A stretch of 64,000 nucleotides of DNA from an uncultured Desulfobacterales bacterium (lineage in GTDB: Bacteria > Desulfobacterota > DSM-4660 > Desulfatiglandales > JALVZP01), in assembly GCA_964513995.1 (NCBI GenBank), contig CAZEOQ010000006.1:17573-81572 (forward strand). The letters are read 5' to 3'. Below the pieces are notes generated by a model. It ran no database searches and had not been told where the DNA came from. It saw only the letters and a list, made by a program, of their open reading frames with translations. Numbering within the stretch: the first letter of the stretch is position 1; the number at the start of each line of letters is the position of its first letter. The translations under genes and the position numbers were made by a program. Shown here piece after piece: positions 37,159-45,508 of this stretch.

Positions 37159-38292
37159 GTGGGGTCAGGACTTTATACGCGAAATTTCCTCCTTATATCT
37201 CTGGCAAATTTCTTTAATGTATCAGGTATCGGATTTTTTTATCTCTTCCCTCTCTTTCTTACATTACATGGTGCTACAAAGTCAGATATAGGAATAGCTA
37301 TGGGGATCTCTTCCCTTTCCTCAATTCTTTTTAGACCATGGATATCTGAAATGGTAGACAGGATAGGAAGAAAAAGAAGTTATGAGATTGGATGTCTGAT
37401 AATGACAGTTGTTCCTCTTTTGTATATGAGATTTGAAGGAAAATTAGAAGACTTCTATCTTCCTCTCCTTCTCCTCAGATTTATCCATGGAATAGGAATT
37501 GCCATATGTTTTACAGCAGTCTTTACATATGTTGCTGACATAGTTCCAAAGGAAAGGCTAAATGAAGGACTTGGAATGTTTGGAACTACAGGACTTATGG
37601 GGCTTGCTATTGGTCCATCAGTTGCAGAATTTATTGTAAAAAGTTTTGGATTTCCTTTCTTTTTTCTTTCATCAAGCATGGCTTCTTTTTTTTCACTGAT
37701 CATAATAGCCCTTTTACCAGAATCTTATTCTTCTCCTAAGAAGCTTTCATTCTTAGACATACTCAAGACAAAAAAAATCTTGCCAGTTTCTGTTATAAGT
37801 CTACTTTTTGGAATAGCACTTTCTGCAACAGGAAACTTTGTCTCTCCATTTTCTGAAGAAATCGGACTTGGTTTCATCTCCCTGTATTATATCTCCTACT
37901 CATTTTCAGCAATCACTGTGAGGATATTTGGAGGAAGAATTGGAGATCTATTTGGTGAGGAAAGGGTTATTCCGTATGGGATAATAATAGAGAGCTTAGG
38001 TGTTTTTATGCTATTTTTTTTAAAAGACGAGCTTCTGCTTTTTCTTTCAGGAATAATTTCTGGCTGTGGTCATGGAATCCTTTTTCCCTGCCTCAATTCT
38101 TTTATAATAAAAGGTCAACCAGCATACATAAGAGGAAGACTGGTAGGAATATTTACAGGAACGATTGATCTTGGGATATTCTTAGGATCTGTTCTGCTTG
38201 GTTATGTAGGAGAATTTTTTGGATTCAGAACCATATTTCTCCTTTCCTCAATAATACTTCTTACAGGACTCCTGATCAGACTTGATACTTAA
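37159..38292 (+). CDS. MFS transporter
   Basis: About 12 TM helices, with a loop 2-3 motif [10 protein letters not shown] typical of MFS. GTG start directly after the mgtE stop. Confidence 0.75.
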   Translation: MGSGLYTRNFLLISLANFFNVSGIGFFYLFPLFLTLHGATKSDIGIAMGISSLSSILFRPWISEMVDRIGRKRSYEIGCLIMTVVPLLYMRFEGKLEDFYLPLLLLRFIHGIGIAICFTAVFTYVADIVPKERLNEGLGMFGTTGLMGLAIGPSVAEFIVKSFGFPFFFLSSSMASFFSLIIIALLPESYSSPKKLSFLDILKTKKILPVSVISLLFGIALSATGNFVSPFSEEIGLGFISLYYISYSFSAITVRIFGGRIGDLFGEERVIPYGIIIESLGVFMLFFLKDELLLFLSGIISGCGHGILFPCLNSFIIKGQPAYIRGRLVGIFTGTIDLGIFLGSVLLGYVGEFFGFRTIFLLSSIILLTGLLIRLDT

Positions 38293-39478
38293 CGACCTCT
38301 CCCTGAAGCATTTCAGATATCTGATATAATTCTCTGCTTGTGCTTTTTATCTCTTCTGTCATCTTTGTAGCTTCTTCAGCTCGTCTCTTCAGCTCTTCCA
38401 TTACTGACTTCAGTGTTCCAAGCTCTTTGTCAATTGAGGAGACATTATTTGCAAGTTCAGATATCGTGCTCGTCTGTTCCTCAACAGCTGAAGCAACATT
38501 TATTGTCCTGTCATTTGTAATTGATATAACCTCCTCTATCTGTTTCATGCCTTTTTCCATCTCCTGACCTCTGTCAATAAGAGCAGTAACCCTTTCATTT
38601 ATCTCATCAGCTGATTTTGCAGAGTTATTAGAAAGCTCTTTGACCTCATTTGCTACGACAGCAAAGCTCTTTCCTGCTTCTCCTGCCCTGGCTGCCTCTA
38701 TGGTCGCATTGAGAGCAAGTAGATTTGTCTGTTCTGCTATGTTCTGTATAAGTCCTGCAGATGCTTTTATGTTTTCTATCTCCTGGATGAGATGATTCAA
38801 TATCTTTCTTGTAACTCCTGCCTGTTCATTTGCCTTTGAAGCTGCCTGTGAAGTCTCATTAGCATTTCTGGATATCTCGTTTACTGCCTCTGTAAGCTGA
38901 GCAAGAGAAGTATTTATATTGCTTATCTGAGATTTCAGTTTTTCCATGTAATTTGCAACCTGAGCAATGTTGTCAAATGTCTCGTTCGTAGCAGCTACAT
39001 TCTGTTCAACTATCCTTGTAAACTTATCAGCTGCTTGTGAGAATCTGGTAATCGTATTTCTCATGTATCCAAGGATATCCCTTATGTTTTCAACTATCTG
39101 CTTTACTGCTCTTCCTATGATATGCACTTCATTTTCACTTCTTTCAGGTATATCCAGATCCACTCTAAGATCCTTATTACTTATCTTTTGAGCAACTTCA
39201 ACGACCTTTTGTGCTTCTCCTCTCATTACTGAAGCTATCCACCAGAGTCCACCAACTGCTACAGCAGGAGTTATAAGACATATTGCTAAGTCTTTGGAGA
39301 AGTTTTTTTCTAAAAGGGAAAGAATTTCAGAATTTCCTAAGTTTTGTCTTGCCAAATTTACGATCTCTTTAAGACCTGTAAGGCAAAGCCACCATCCCAC
39401 AAACCAGCAGATAGCCATAAAAAGCCAGATTATAAACATAACTCCACGAATACTCATCTTGCTTAGATAATCTCTCAT
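38276..39478 (-). CDS. methyl-accepting chemotaxis protein (2 TM, short loop, HAMP, MA domain)
   Basis: Signalling tip [35 protein letters not shown] and two N-terminal TM helices. Its 3' end overlaps the MFS gene by 17 nt. Confidence 0.9.
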   Translation of the reverse strand: MRDYLSKMSIRGVMFIIWLFMAICWFVGWWLCLTGLKEIVNLARQNLGNSEILSLLEKNFSKDLAICLITPAVAVGGLWWIASVMRGEAQKVVEVAQKISNKDLRVDLDIPERSENEVHIIGRAVKQIVENIRDILGYMRNTITRFSQAADKFTRIVEQNVAATNETFDNIAQVANYMEKLKSQISNINTSLAQLTEAVNEISRNANETSQAASKANEQAGVTRKILNHLIQEIENIKASAGLIQNIAEQTNLLALNATIEAARAGEAGKSFAVVANEVKELSNNSAKSADEINERVTALIDRGQEMEKGMKQIEEVISITNDRTINVASAVEEQTSTISELANNVSSIDKELGTLKSVMEELKRRAEEATKMTEEIKSTSRELYQISEMLQGEVVKYQV

Positions 39479-39503
39479 ACCATTCCCTCCTTTTTTTTAT
39501 TAT

Positions 39504-39529
39504 ATTCGGAAAAAAAGAAGGATTGTTCA
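39504..39529 (-). promoter_or_regulatory. putative FliA/sigma28-type promoter (TGAAC-N16-CGAAT)
   Basis: On the minus strand: TGAAC at 39529-39525 and CGAAT at 39508-39504, preceded by a T7 run. It lies 26 nt upstream of ATG 39478 with SD GGAGGG between. Confidence 0.45.
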
Positions 39530-40108
39530 GGATTTGCTTTCCTTTATAAACTTCCTCTGCTTTATGAATATGTAGTGTATCAGTGCTTCTCTGTCTTCCT
39601 CATGTATCAGAGTAAACCTTACTCCTACTACAAACCCTGAATCCTGTTTCTTTGTCCAGACTACTCTTCCAAGGACCTCTATTACAAAAGAAGGGAAGAT
39701 AGGGATGCAGATCCTTATTTTTAAAGGTGTATCTTTTTTTATCTCCTTTTCAGAAACAAATCTCATTCCACCTGCACTTATATTTACCAGGGAAGGTTTT
39801 TTAAGACATGGATTTTCATGAAACTGAATCTTTTCAGGTGCTATTATCTTCAAGATGTAATCAAGCTTATCAGCTATGCTTATAAGAAGATCAATAATCA
39901 GTTGTTCTCCAAATGATATCTCTCCTTCTTTTTCTCTATACTTTTCCTGAATCCGCGAAAAAAAAGGATACTTCAGATCTATCTTTTCAACACTGCTTAA
40001 GCTTTTCTTAAATCTTTTTTCCTCTTCCCTGTATTCCTCTTCTGAAAGTATCTTATAATCAAAAGATATGTAATCGTCTATCCTTACAGAAGATCTCTTT
40101 TCTTCCAT
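39527..40108 (-). CDS. PilZ domain protein (c-di-GMP receptor) with a long insertion between motifs
   Basis: RSSVR (RxxxR) at residues 5-9 and NISAGG ((D/N)xSxxG) at residues 109-114. Confidence 0.7.
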   Translation of the reverse strand: MEEKRSSVRIDDYISFDYKILSEEEYREEEKRFKKSLSSVEKIDLKYPFFSRIQEKYREKEGEISFGEQLIIDLLISIADKLDYILKIIAPEKIQFHENPCLKKPSLVNISAGGMRFVSEKEIKKDTPLKIRICIPIFPSFVIEVLGRVVWTKKQDSGFVVGVRFTLIHEEDREALIHYIFIKQRKFIKESKS

Positions 40109-41064
40109 TATCTCAGATACTTCTTTCTCAAGTAAAACTCAAAGGCATTTACGACTACAGGATCATACTTTATTCCTGAAAGTTCCCTGATCTCTTTTAA
40201 AGCATCTTCAAATGTCATTGCCTTTCTGTAAACCCTATCAGATGTCATTGCATCAAAGGAATCTGCAACAGCAAGTATTCTTGCAAGAAATGGAATCTCT
40301 TCTCCTACAAGACCTTCTGGATAACCACTTCCATCCCATCTTTCATGATGATAAAGAATTATTTCCCTTTCATGGTGAAAGAACCTTAAAGGCTTAAGTA
40401 TCTCATTTCCAAATGGAGCATGAAGCTTTATTATTTCAAACTCTTCTTCTGTAAGCTTTCCTTTTTTTAAAAGGATGTTTTCAGGAACAGCTATTTTTCC
40501 TATGTCATGAAGAATCCCTGCTATCTTCAGAATGTCCTTTTCCCTTTCAGAAAGCCCAAGGACCTCAGCAATTCCAAGAGAGTATTCTGCAACTCTCTGT
40601 GAATGAAACCTCGTATAAACATCTTTTGCTTCTACTGTCTTCACAAGGACCTGGAGGGTCTGAACGAGTCCTTCGTATATTACGAGCTGAAGTATGCTAT
40701 TTTGAAACTTCATTCCTATCACATAAGACATGGCATTTAAAAAGTTCCATTCTTCAGGATCTATACCGTCCTCTTTCTGAAGTCTTATATAACCAATTGA
40801 TATCTCTGAATCCCCCTCACTTATGTTTATAGGCATATAAACTGTATAACCACCTGAATCTTCTTTCTTATAACCAGCTGAATCCTTTCCTTTTAATATA
40901 AGAGACAACCTTTCAGAAGGGATAGCAGAGGAGAGCTTTTCTACAGCATTTTTAAAAAATTTTTCTATGTCAGCCTTCGTATTTATCGGGAATTTTATTA
41001 TAGAAGAAAAAATACTCCAAAAGTCTTCTTGACTACTTCTCAAACTTCTTTGTTGGAAGTTCAT
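40108..41064 (-). CDS. HD-GYP domain c-di-GMP phosphodiesterase with an N-terminal sensor (GAF-like) domain
   Basis: HDIGK ... HHERWDGSGYPEGL ... DSFDAMTSDRVYR. Confidence 0.85.
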   Translation of the reverse strand: MNFQQRSLRSSQEDFWSIFSSIIKFPINTKADIEKFFKNAVEKLSSAIPSERLSLILKGKDSAGYKKEDSGGYTVYMPINISEGDSEISIGYIRLQKEDGIDPEEWNFLNAMSYVIGMKFQNSILQLVIYEGLVQTLQVLVKTVEAKDVYTRFHSQRVAEYSLGIAEVLGLSEREKDILKIAGILHDIGKIAVPENILLKKGKLTEEEFEIIKLHAPFGNEILKPLRFFHHEREIILYHHERWDGSGYPEGLVGEEIPFLARILAVADSFDAMTSDRVYRKAMTFEDALKEIRELSGIKYDPVVVNAFEFYLRKKYLR

Positions 41065-41242
41065 CTATTGCTTCCAGAAGTATGTTTTCAAGAATCTGTT
41101 TCTTTTTTCCTTCAACAGATATATGGACTTCATCAACATATCTTTTGTTAAAAGACTGCCTTCTTTCCTTTTCTTCTGTCTTCAGGATCTTGCTCTCATA
41201 TATCTTTGATATACTTTCTACTATCCGAACAGGATCAGTCAT
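41033..41242 (-). CDS. small hypothetical protein in the flagellar operon (possible FlgM-like)
   Basis: A 69-aa ORF, 6 nt after the upstream gene, with weak resemblance (VDEVHISVEGKKKQI) to the FlgM core. It overlaps the HD-GYP start by 32 nt. Confidence 0.3.
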   Translation of the reverse strand: MTDPVRIVESISKIYESKILKTEEKERRQSFNKRYVDEVHISVEGKKKQILENILLEAIDELPTKKFEK

Positions 41243-41248
41243 TTCTGT

Positions 41249-41653
41249 TTACCCTGTCCTTTCAAAATTTACCTGTTTTTGTCTTTCTGATTTATAAACA
41301 CCTCTCAGTCTCAGCTCTTTATTTATAAGAAGAAGCTCCTCTTCTATTTTTTTCAGCTTTTCCCTTGCCAGATTCATGATCTTTTTCTCCTCTTCCTGAA
41401 TCTCACTCAGGAGTTTTTTTATATATCGGAAATTTTCTCCTTTTTGTTCAAAAAAAATTCCATCTTTAATCTTCTGATCTATCCTTTCTATCTCTTTCAT
41501 CGTAAGTTCTCTTCTCTTCATAAGCTCTGCTGCCACATCCACCTTATCATCCTCAATGGCTTTTTTTAAAAGCCTTGAGATCATAAGTATCTTTTCAAGC
41601 TTTTCTATTTTTCTCTTATACAGATCTGTTTTTTTCAAGTTCCTTTTTTGCAA
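41249..41653 (-). CDS. coiled-coil protein, FliT/FlgN-like putative flagellar chaperone
   Basis: All-helical K/E-rich protein of ~110-134 aa, immediately after fliS, the position FliT usually occupies. The start may be the internal Met at ~41584. Confidence 0.35.
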   Translation of the reverse strand: MQKRNLKKTDLYKRKIEKLEKILMISRLLKKAIEDDKVDVAAELMKRRELTMKEIERIDQKIKDGIFFEQKGENFRYIKKLLSEIQEEEKKIMNLAREKLKKIEEELLLINKELRLRGVYKSERQKQVNFERTG

Positions 41654-42005
41654 CCTCCTTCCATGCTTCGTTTATGTCTTTGAGTATAGGAATTATCTCT
41701 TTCAGGTAAGCTGGCTCATTTTCTCTATCAGCTTCAATGATCCTGTTAAGGCAATAAAGATAAATATTATTCAGACCATAAGCAATCTGTTTTCCTCTTT
41801 TAAAGTCAAGTGCACAGATAAGTTCTGTAATTATGTCCACTGCTTTGGAAAGAAGCCTTGACTTTTCTTCATAATTCTTTTCAGCTATAGCCTTTTCTGC
41901 CCCTTCAAGCAATTCTATTATCTTCTCATAACACATAATCACGAGTTTTACTTTTGGAATACTTTCCTTTTCAGTTTCTTCATAAGGATTCCTTGCTAAC
42001 TTCAT
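41616..42005 (-). CDS. fliS: flagellar export chaperone FliS
   Basis: Four-helix pattern with VIMCYEKIIELL...AEKNYEEK...KAVDIITEL..ALDF..G.QIA..L..IY.Y...RI..A....EP..L.E.I..L..I.EAW. Confidence 0.85.
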   Translation of the reverse strand: MKLARNPYEETEKESIPKVKLVIMCYEKIIELLEGAEKAIAEKNYEEKSRLLSKAVDIITELICALDFKRGKQIAYGLNNIYLYCLNRIIEADRENEPAYLKEIIPILKDINEAWKEVAKKELEKNRSV

Positions 42006-42008
42006 ATC

Positions 42009-44084
42009 TTATCCCCTCCTTTGATAGATACTGAACTGCTGAGCTATCCATGATGTCATCTGATTCATCTGAGCTATAAGCTGCTCAAGTGCATAATACT
42101 GCATCTCAAGTATTCTTCTTCTAACCTCAAGAGCTTTTTCCATATCCTCTATCTGTTCTTCTATATGTAATATCGTATCATTCAGCGTATCTATTCGTGT
42201 TACGACATATCCATTTTCTGAAGTGTCTGTAAGATTAGATATGAGTTCATTTGTCCTTTTTGCTATTCCATCAGATGAGATAAAAAGGTTCTTAACATCT
42301 TCAAAGCTATCAGAAAGTCTTTCTTTCAGCTTGTTTTCGTCAATTGAGAATATTCCATGATCGTCTGCCTCTATTCCTATCCATGCAAGATAGTTTTTAT
42401 TTGAGTCAATTCCTGAAACAGGCTCTCTTAAAGCATCTGTAAGGTCCATCTTAAGCATCTGAAGAGTAAAGTCTCCCATAAGTGGAGGAGGATTTTCTTC
42501 ATCAAACTCATACTGGCTGTTTATGTAAGAGATGAGGTCGTTTGCAGTATTAAAGAAATTTTTAATATTCTCAGCTATACTGTCTATATCGTGCTTTACT
42601 TCCAGTGTTATTAATGTATCCGGAGCTTCCTTTTTCAGATTAATTACCACTCCTGGAATCACATCTGATATGGTATTTGAACTTGATACTACTGTATTTC
42701 CATTTATCTCAATCTTTGCATCTTCTCCAGCACTTACTTCCATACTGTATCCTTCAGATATTTCCGTAAACTGACCAAAATCAAGTCCTCCTCCTTTTTC
42801 ATTATTTGCAATAAGAGACACTGAAAGGAAGCTGCTTCCTGCTTCATTGTCCTTTATCTGGATGTAGCCGTCCGATGTAAGTGTTGCCGTAACAGTATTG
42901 TTGAATGTGTCTTCTATTGCCTGAAGAAGATCTCCAACCGTAGATGTATCCGTAATAGTAAATACAGACTCTACAGGATTTCCATTATGATCTGTCCCTT
43001 TTATTGTTATTGTCTCTGATGGCTTTGGATTTCCAGTATCTGTGTCTATTTCTGTTATCAGAGTTGATTCTGTTACAGGGGATCCAGATGATGTAAGCTG
43101 ATTTGTATTCATCTGTATTTCAAATGTGTCTTCCTGTTCACTTTTCAGTATTCCCAGTGCCTCCATGACATTGTTAGAATCCGTAATATTCGTCGTGTTT
43201 ATCTTAAGGAAGTATCCATTTTCATCCTGACCTACCTCTGCTATGTTTCCCGTGTTTCCTGCAGCCTGCCATGCATTGTTTATCTTGTTTGCGATATCAT
43301 CAAGACTGTCCAGTGAAAGATCAATGTCAACACTTACTCCTGCTATAACAACAGTTCCTGAAGGTGGATTTGAAAGTGAAAGGAGTGTTCCAACAGCTGT
43401 AGAAGAATCACTGAAGTAGTTGCTCTTTGCACCACTGCTTATCTGATGAAGGACAGTTTTTGTGCTTCCTGCAATTCCAAGCTCTTGCAGGACATTTTCT
43501 GGACTTGCATTAAGTATAACGATTCCAGAACTTCCCGTATTTTCAGAAGTAATGGTGAGTCTGTATTTTTCTTCGTCTATCTTAATGATAGATGCCTTGA
43601 CTGATGCATCAGCACTGTTTATCTTTCCAGCTATGTCTGAAAGACTGTCAGATTCTGATATGGATATGAGCTTTCCGTTTATGAGTATCTCTCCTGAAAT
43701 CCCCAAAGAAGATGTTGACTGAGAGAAACTCTTTGACTGAATACTTTCTGCCTTTGCAACAGAAAGGACTCTTAGAGTATATGTTCCAGGAACAGCATTA
43801 CTGTCACAATTTACAAGGATTATGTCCTCTGGATTCCCATTTTCTGAAAAAAGCTCTACCTTGAAAAGATTAAAGTCTTCCTCTGTAAGGATCATTTCTA
43901 AAGCAGACTTTAGAGAAAGAAGCTTTGTATTTATCTGTTGCCATGCTGAAAGCTTATTTTCGTATTCCTCTTTTCTCTGCTCAAGCAAGTCCACAGGTCT
44001 GTGTTCAATCTCCATAAGCTTTTCTATAATAGCCTCCCAGTCAACTCCTGAAACGATTCCTGTTAGACTCAGTTCTGAAGCCAT
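42009..44084 (-). CDS. fliD: flagellar filament capping protein FliD
   Basis: N-terminus LSLTGIVSGVDWEAIIEKLMEIEHRPVDLLEQRKEEYENKLSAWQ and a C-terminal coiled coil MQYYALEQLIAQMNQ. Confidence 0.9.
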   Translation of the reverse strand: MASELSLTGIVSGVDWEAIIEKLMEIEHRPVDLLEQRKEEYENKLSAWQQINTKLLSLKSALEMILTEEDFNLFKVELFSENGNPEDIILVNCDSNAVPGTYTLRVLSVAKAESIQSKSFSQSTSSLGISGEILINGKLISISESDSLSDIAGKINSADASVKASIIKIDEEKYRLTITSENTGSSGIVILNASPENVLQELGIAGSTKTVLHQISSGAKSNYFSDSSTAVGTLLSLSNPPSGTVVIAGVSVDIDLSLDSLDDIANKINNAWQAAGNTGNIAEVGQDENGYFLKINTTNITDSNNVMEALGILKSEQEDTFEIQMNTNQLTSSGSPVTESTLITEIDTDTGNPKPSETITIKGTDHNGNPVESVFTITDTSTVGDLLQAIEDTFNNTVTATLTSDGYIQIKDNEAGSSFLSVSLIANNEKGGGLDFGQFTEISEGYSMEVSAGEDAKIEINGNTVVSSSNTISDVIPGVVINLKKEAPDTLITLEVKHDIDSIAENIKNFFNTANDLISYINSQYEFDEENPPPLMGDFTLQMLKMDLTDALREPVSGIDSNKNYLAWIGIEADDHGIFSIDENKLKERLSDSFEDVKNLFISSDGIAKRTNELISNLTDTSENGYVVTRIDTLNDTILHIEEQIEDMEKALEVRRRILEMQYYALEQLIAQMNQMTSWIAQQFSIYQRRG

Positions 44085-44088
44085 AATA

Positions 44089-44436
44089 TTACCTCCTCAT
44101 CTGCTTTTCTTTTATAATCTCCTCAACATGGGCTATCATGTCCAGGATCTTTTCAAGAGGTGCTTCTTTTACGACTTTCTTCGTTTCATTGTCTATTATC
44201 TTTATCACATATGTCTTTGTCTTTTCATGATAGGTTATACTTACAGAATAGTTGTTTCTGTTCAGTTTTTTTAAAAACTCTTCTATCCTTTTTAGAACCT
44301 CTTCTTTTATAAGCTTAGTTTCTACAGAATTCTTTATGTTCCTTTTTGCAGGATAAGTATAAGGCTTCTTTACATCGTTTATTTTATCTTTGACAATCTC
44401 TATGAACCTGTTGTATATGACATCTGAAACCTTCAT
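44089..44436 (-). CDS. flaG: flagellar protein FlaG
   Basis: SITYHEKTKTYVIKIIDNETKKVVKEAPLEKILDM matches the FlaG core. The gene sits between fliC and fliD. Confidence 0.8.
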   Translation of the reverse strand: MKVSDVIYNRFIEIVKDKINDVKKPYTYPAKRNIKNSVETKLIKEEVLKRIEEFLKKLNRNNYSVSITYHEKTKTYVIKIIDNETKKVVKEAPLEKILDMIAHVEEIIKEKQMRR

Positions 44437-44456
44437 CTAAAAGCCCCTTTTTTGGA

Positions 44457-44487
44457 GGAGCCAGCTGGTTCTCTTACCACTGGCTCC
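44457..44487 (-). other. stem-loop downstream of the flagellin gene (partial terminator/mRNA stabiliser)
   Basis: GGAGCCAGCTGG (44457-44468) pairs with CCACTGGCTCC (44477-44487) with one bulge. There is no U-tract on the minus-strand transcript. Confidence 0.5.
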
Positions 44488-44495
44488 CTGTTTTA

Positions 44496-45326
44496 TTACC
44501 TAAGAAGTGTCAGAACATTGTTTGGAAGGGCATTTGCCTGAGCAAGCATTGCCATACCTGACTGAATAAGGATGTTGTATTTTGTAAAGTTTGCCATCTC
44601 TGCTGCCATGTCAGCATCTCTTATGACTGAATCAGAAGCAGTATAGTTCTGAATCATTGTCTGGAGATTTGCCTGTCTGTATACGAGCTTGTTTTCAGTT
44701 CTACCTATATTAGCAAGCCATGTGTTTATGCATGAAAGTGCAGTATCTATGTAATCAAGAGATTCCTGTGCGCATTCCAGAGTGCTAAGATTTATTGTCT
44801 GAAGATGTAAGTCAGCTGAAGTTGTTATTCTGTTTATAGTAATTGTTATAAGATTAGACTCATCACTTGTCAGTCCAACTCCAAATGTAAATGTCTTATC
44901 AGATGAATTACTGAAAAGATTTACTCCTGCATACTTTGTGCTTTTTGCAAGTTTTACCATCTCACTTATAATTTCCTTTGCTTCATCATCCAGATACTTT
45001 CTTCTGCTGTCATCAACTGTATCTGATGCAGCTTCTACTGCAAGCTCCTTTAGTCTCTTTGCCATGTCAACGAGCTGATTAAGTGTTCCTTCTGCTGTCC
45101 TTATCATGTTTACTGCCTGAGAAGCATTGTTATAAGCCATCTGGAGTCCTGCAATCTCGTGTCTGAACTGATTGCTCAAAGCAAGTCCTGCTGCATCATC
45201 TGCTGCATGATTTATACGATAACCAGATGTAAGTCTTTCAAGTGCCTTATCAAGACCTGCCTGATTTATACTCAACCACCTTACTACATTTAGTGCAGAT
45301 ACATTTGTTGCAATCCTGATAGCCAT
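44496..45326 (-). CDS. fliC: flagellin (short, 276 aa)
   Basis: MAIRIATNVSALNVVRWLSINQ...LERLTSGYRINHAADDAAGLA N-terminus and ...MLAQANALPNNVLTLLR C-terminus. Confidence 0.95.
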   Translation of the reverse strand: MAIRIATNVSALNVVRWLSINQAGLDKALERLTSGYRINHAADDAAGLALSNQFRHEIAGLQMAYNNASQAVNMIRTAEGTLNQLVDMAKRLKELAVEAASDTVDDSRRKYLDDEAKEIISEMVKLAKSTKYAGVNLFSNSSDKTFTFGVGLTSDESNLITITINRITTSADLHLQTINLSTLECAQESLDYIDTALSCINTWLANIGRTENKLVYRQANLQTMIQNYTASDSVIRDADMAAEMANFTKYNILIQSGMAMLAQANALPNNVLTLLR

Positions 45327-45357
45327 GGCTTTACCTCCTTTTGTTTTTTTTAATCTC

Positions 45358-45383
45358 TATCGTCATATCGCACCTTTTGTTCA
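45358..45383 (-). promoter_or_regulatory. putative FliA/sigma28-type promoter for flagellin (TGAAC-N16-CGATA)
   Basis: On the minus strand: TGAAC at 45383-45379 and CGATA at 45362-45358, 32 nt upstream of ATG 45326, with SD AAGGAGG between. Confidence 0.5.
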
Positions 45384-45399
45384 GAAAAATAAATTTTTC

Positions 45400-45425
45400 C
45401 GAACACATTAGCTTATGTGACGAAC
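45400..45425 (+). promoter_or_regulatory. distal copy of the GAAC-N16-CGA motif (CGAAC-N16-CGAAC)
   Basis: CGAAC at 45400-45404 (after a T5 run) and CGAAC at 45421-45425. It is about 80 nt from the start codon, so its function is less certain. Confidence 0.3.
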
Positions 45426-45454
45426 CATAGGAAAAAAAAAGAAAAAATTTTTAG

Positions 45455-45480
45455 CGAACGTTCAGTCAAAAATGACGAAA
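45455..45480 (+). promoter_or_regulatory. putative FliA/sigma28-type promoter for the Che-1 operon (CGAAC-N16-CGAAA)
   Basis: CGAAC at 45455-45459 (after a T5 run) and CGAAA at 45476-45480; SD AGGAGG at 45495-45500. Confidence 0.45.
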
Positions 45481-45508
45481 AGGTAAAAAAAGCAAGGAGG
45501 AAATGGAA

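Noticed and set aside
45327-45502. Canonical sigma28 (TAAA-N15-GCCGATAA) or sigma54 (TGGCAC-N5-TTGC) promoters for flagellin
   Set aside because: I found no TAAA at the canonical distance from either CGAT element, and no GG-N10-GC match. Only the variant GAAC-N16-CGAWW arrangement fits, and it is reported as a hypothesis.
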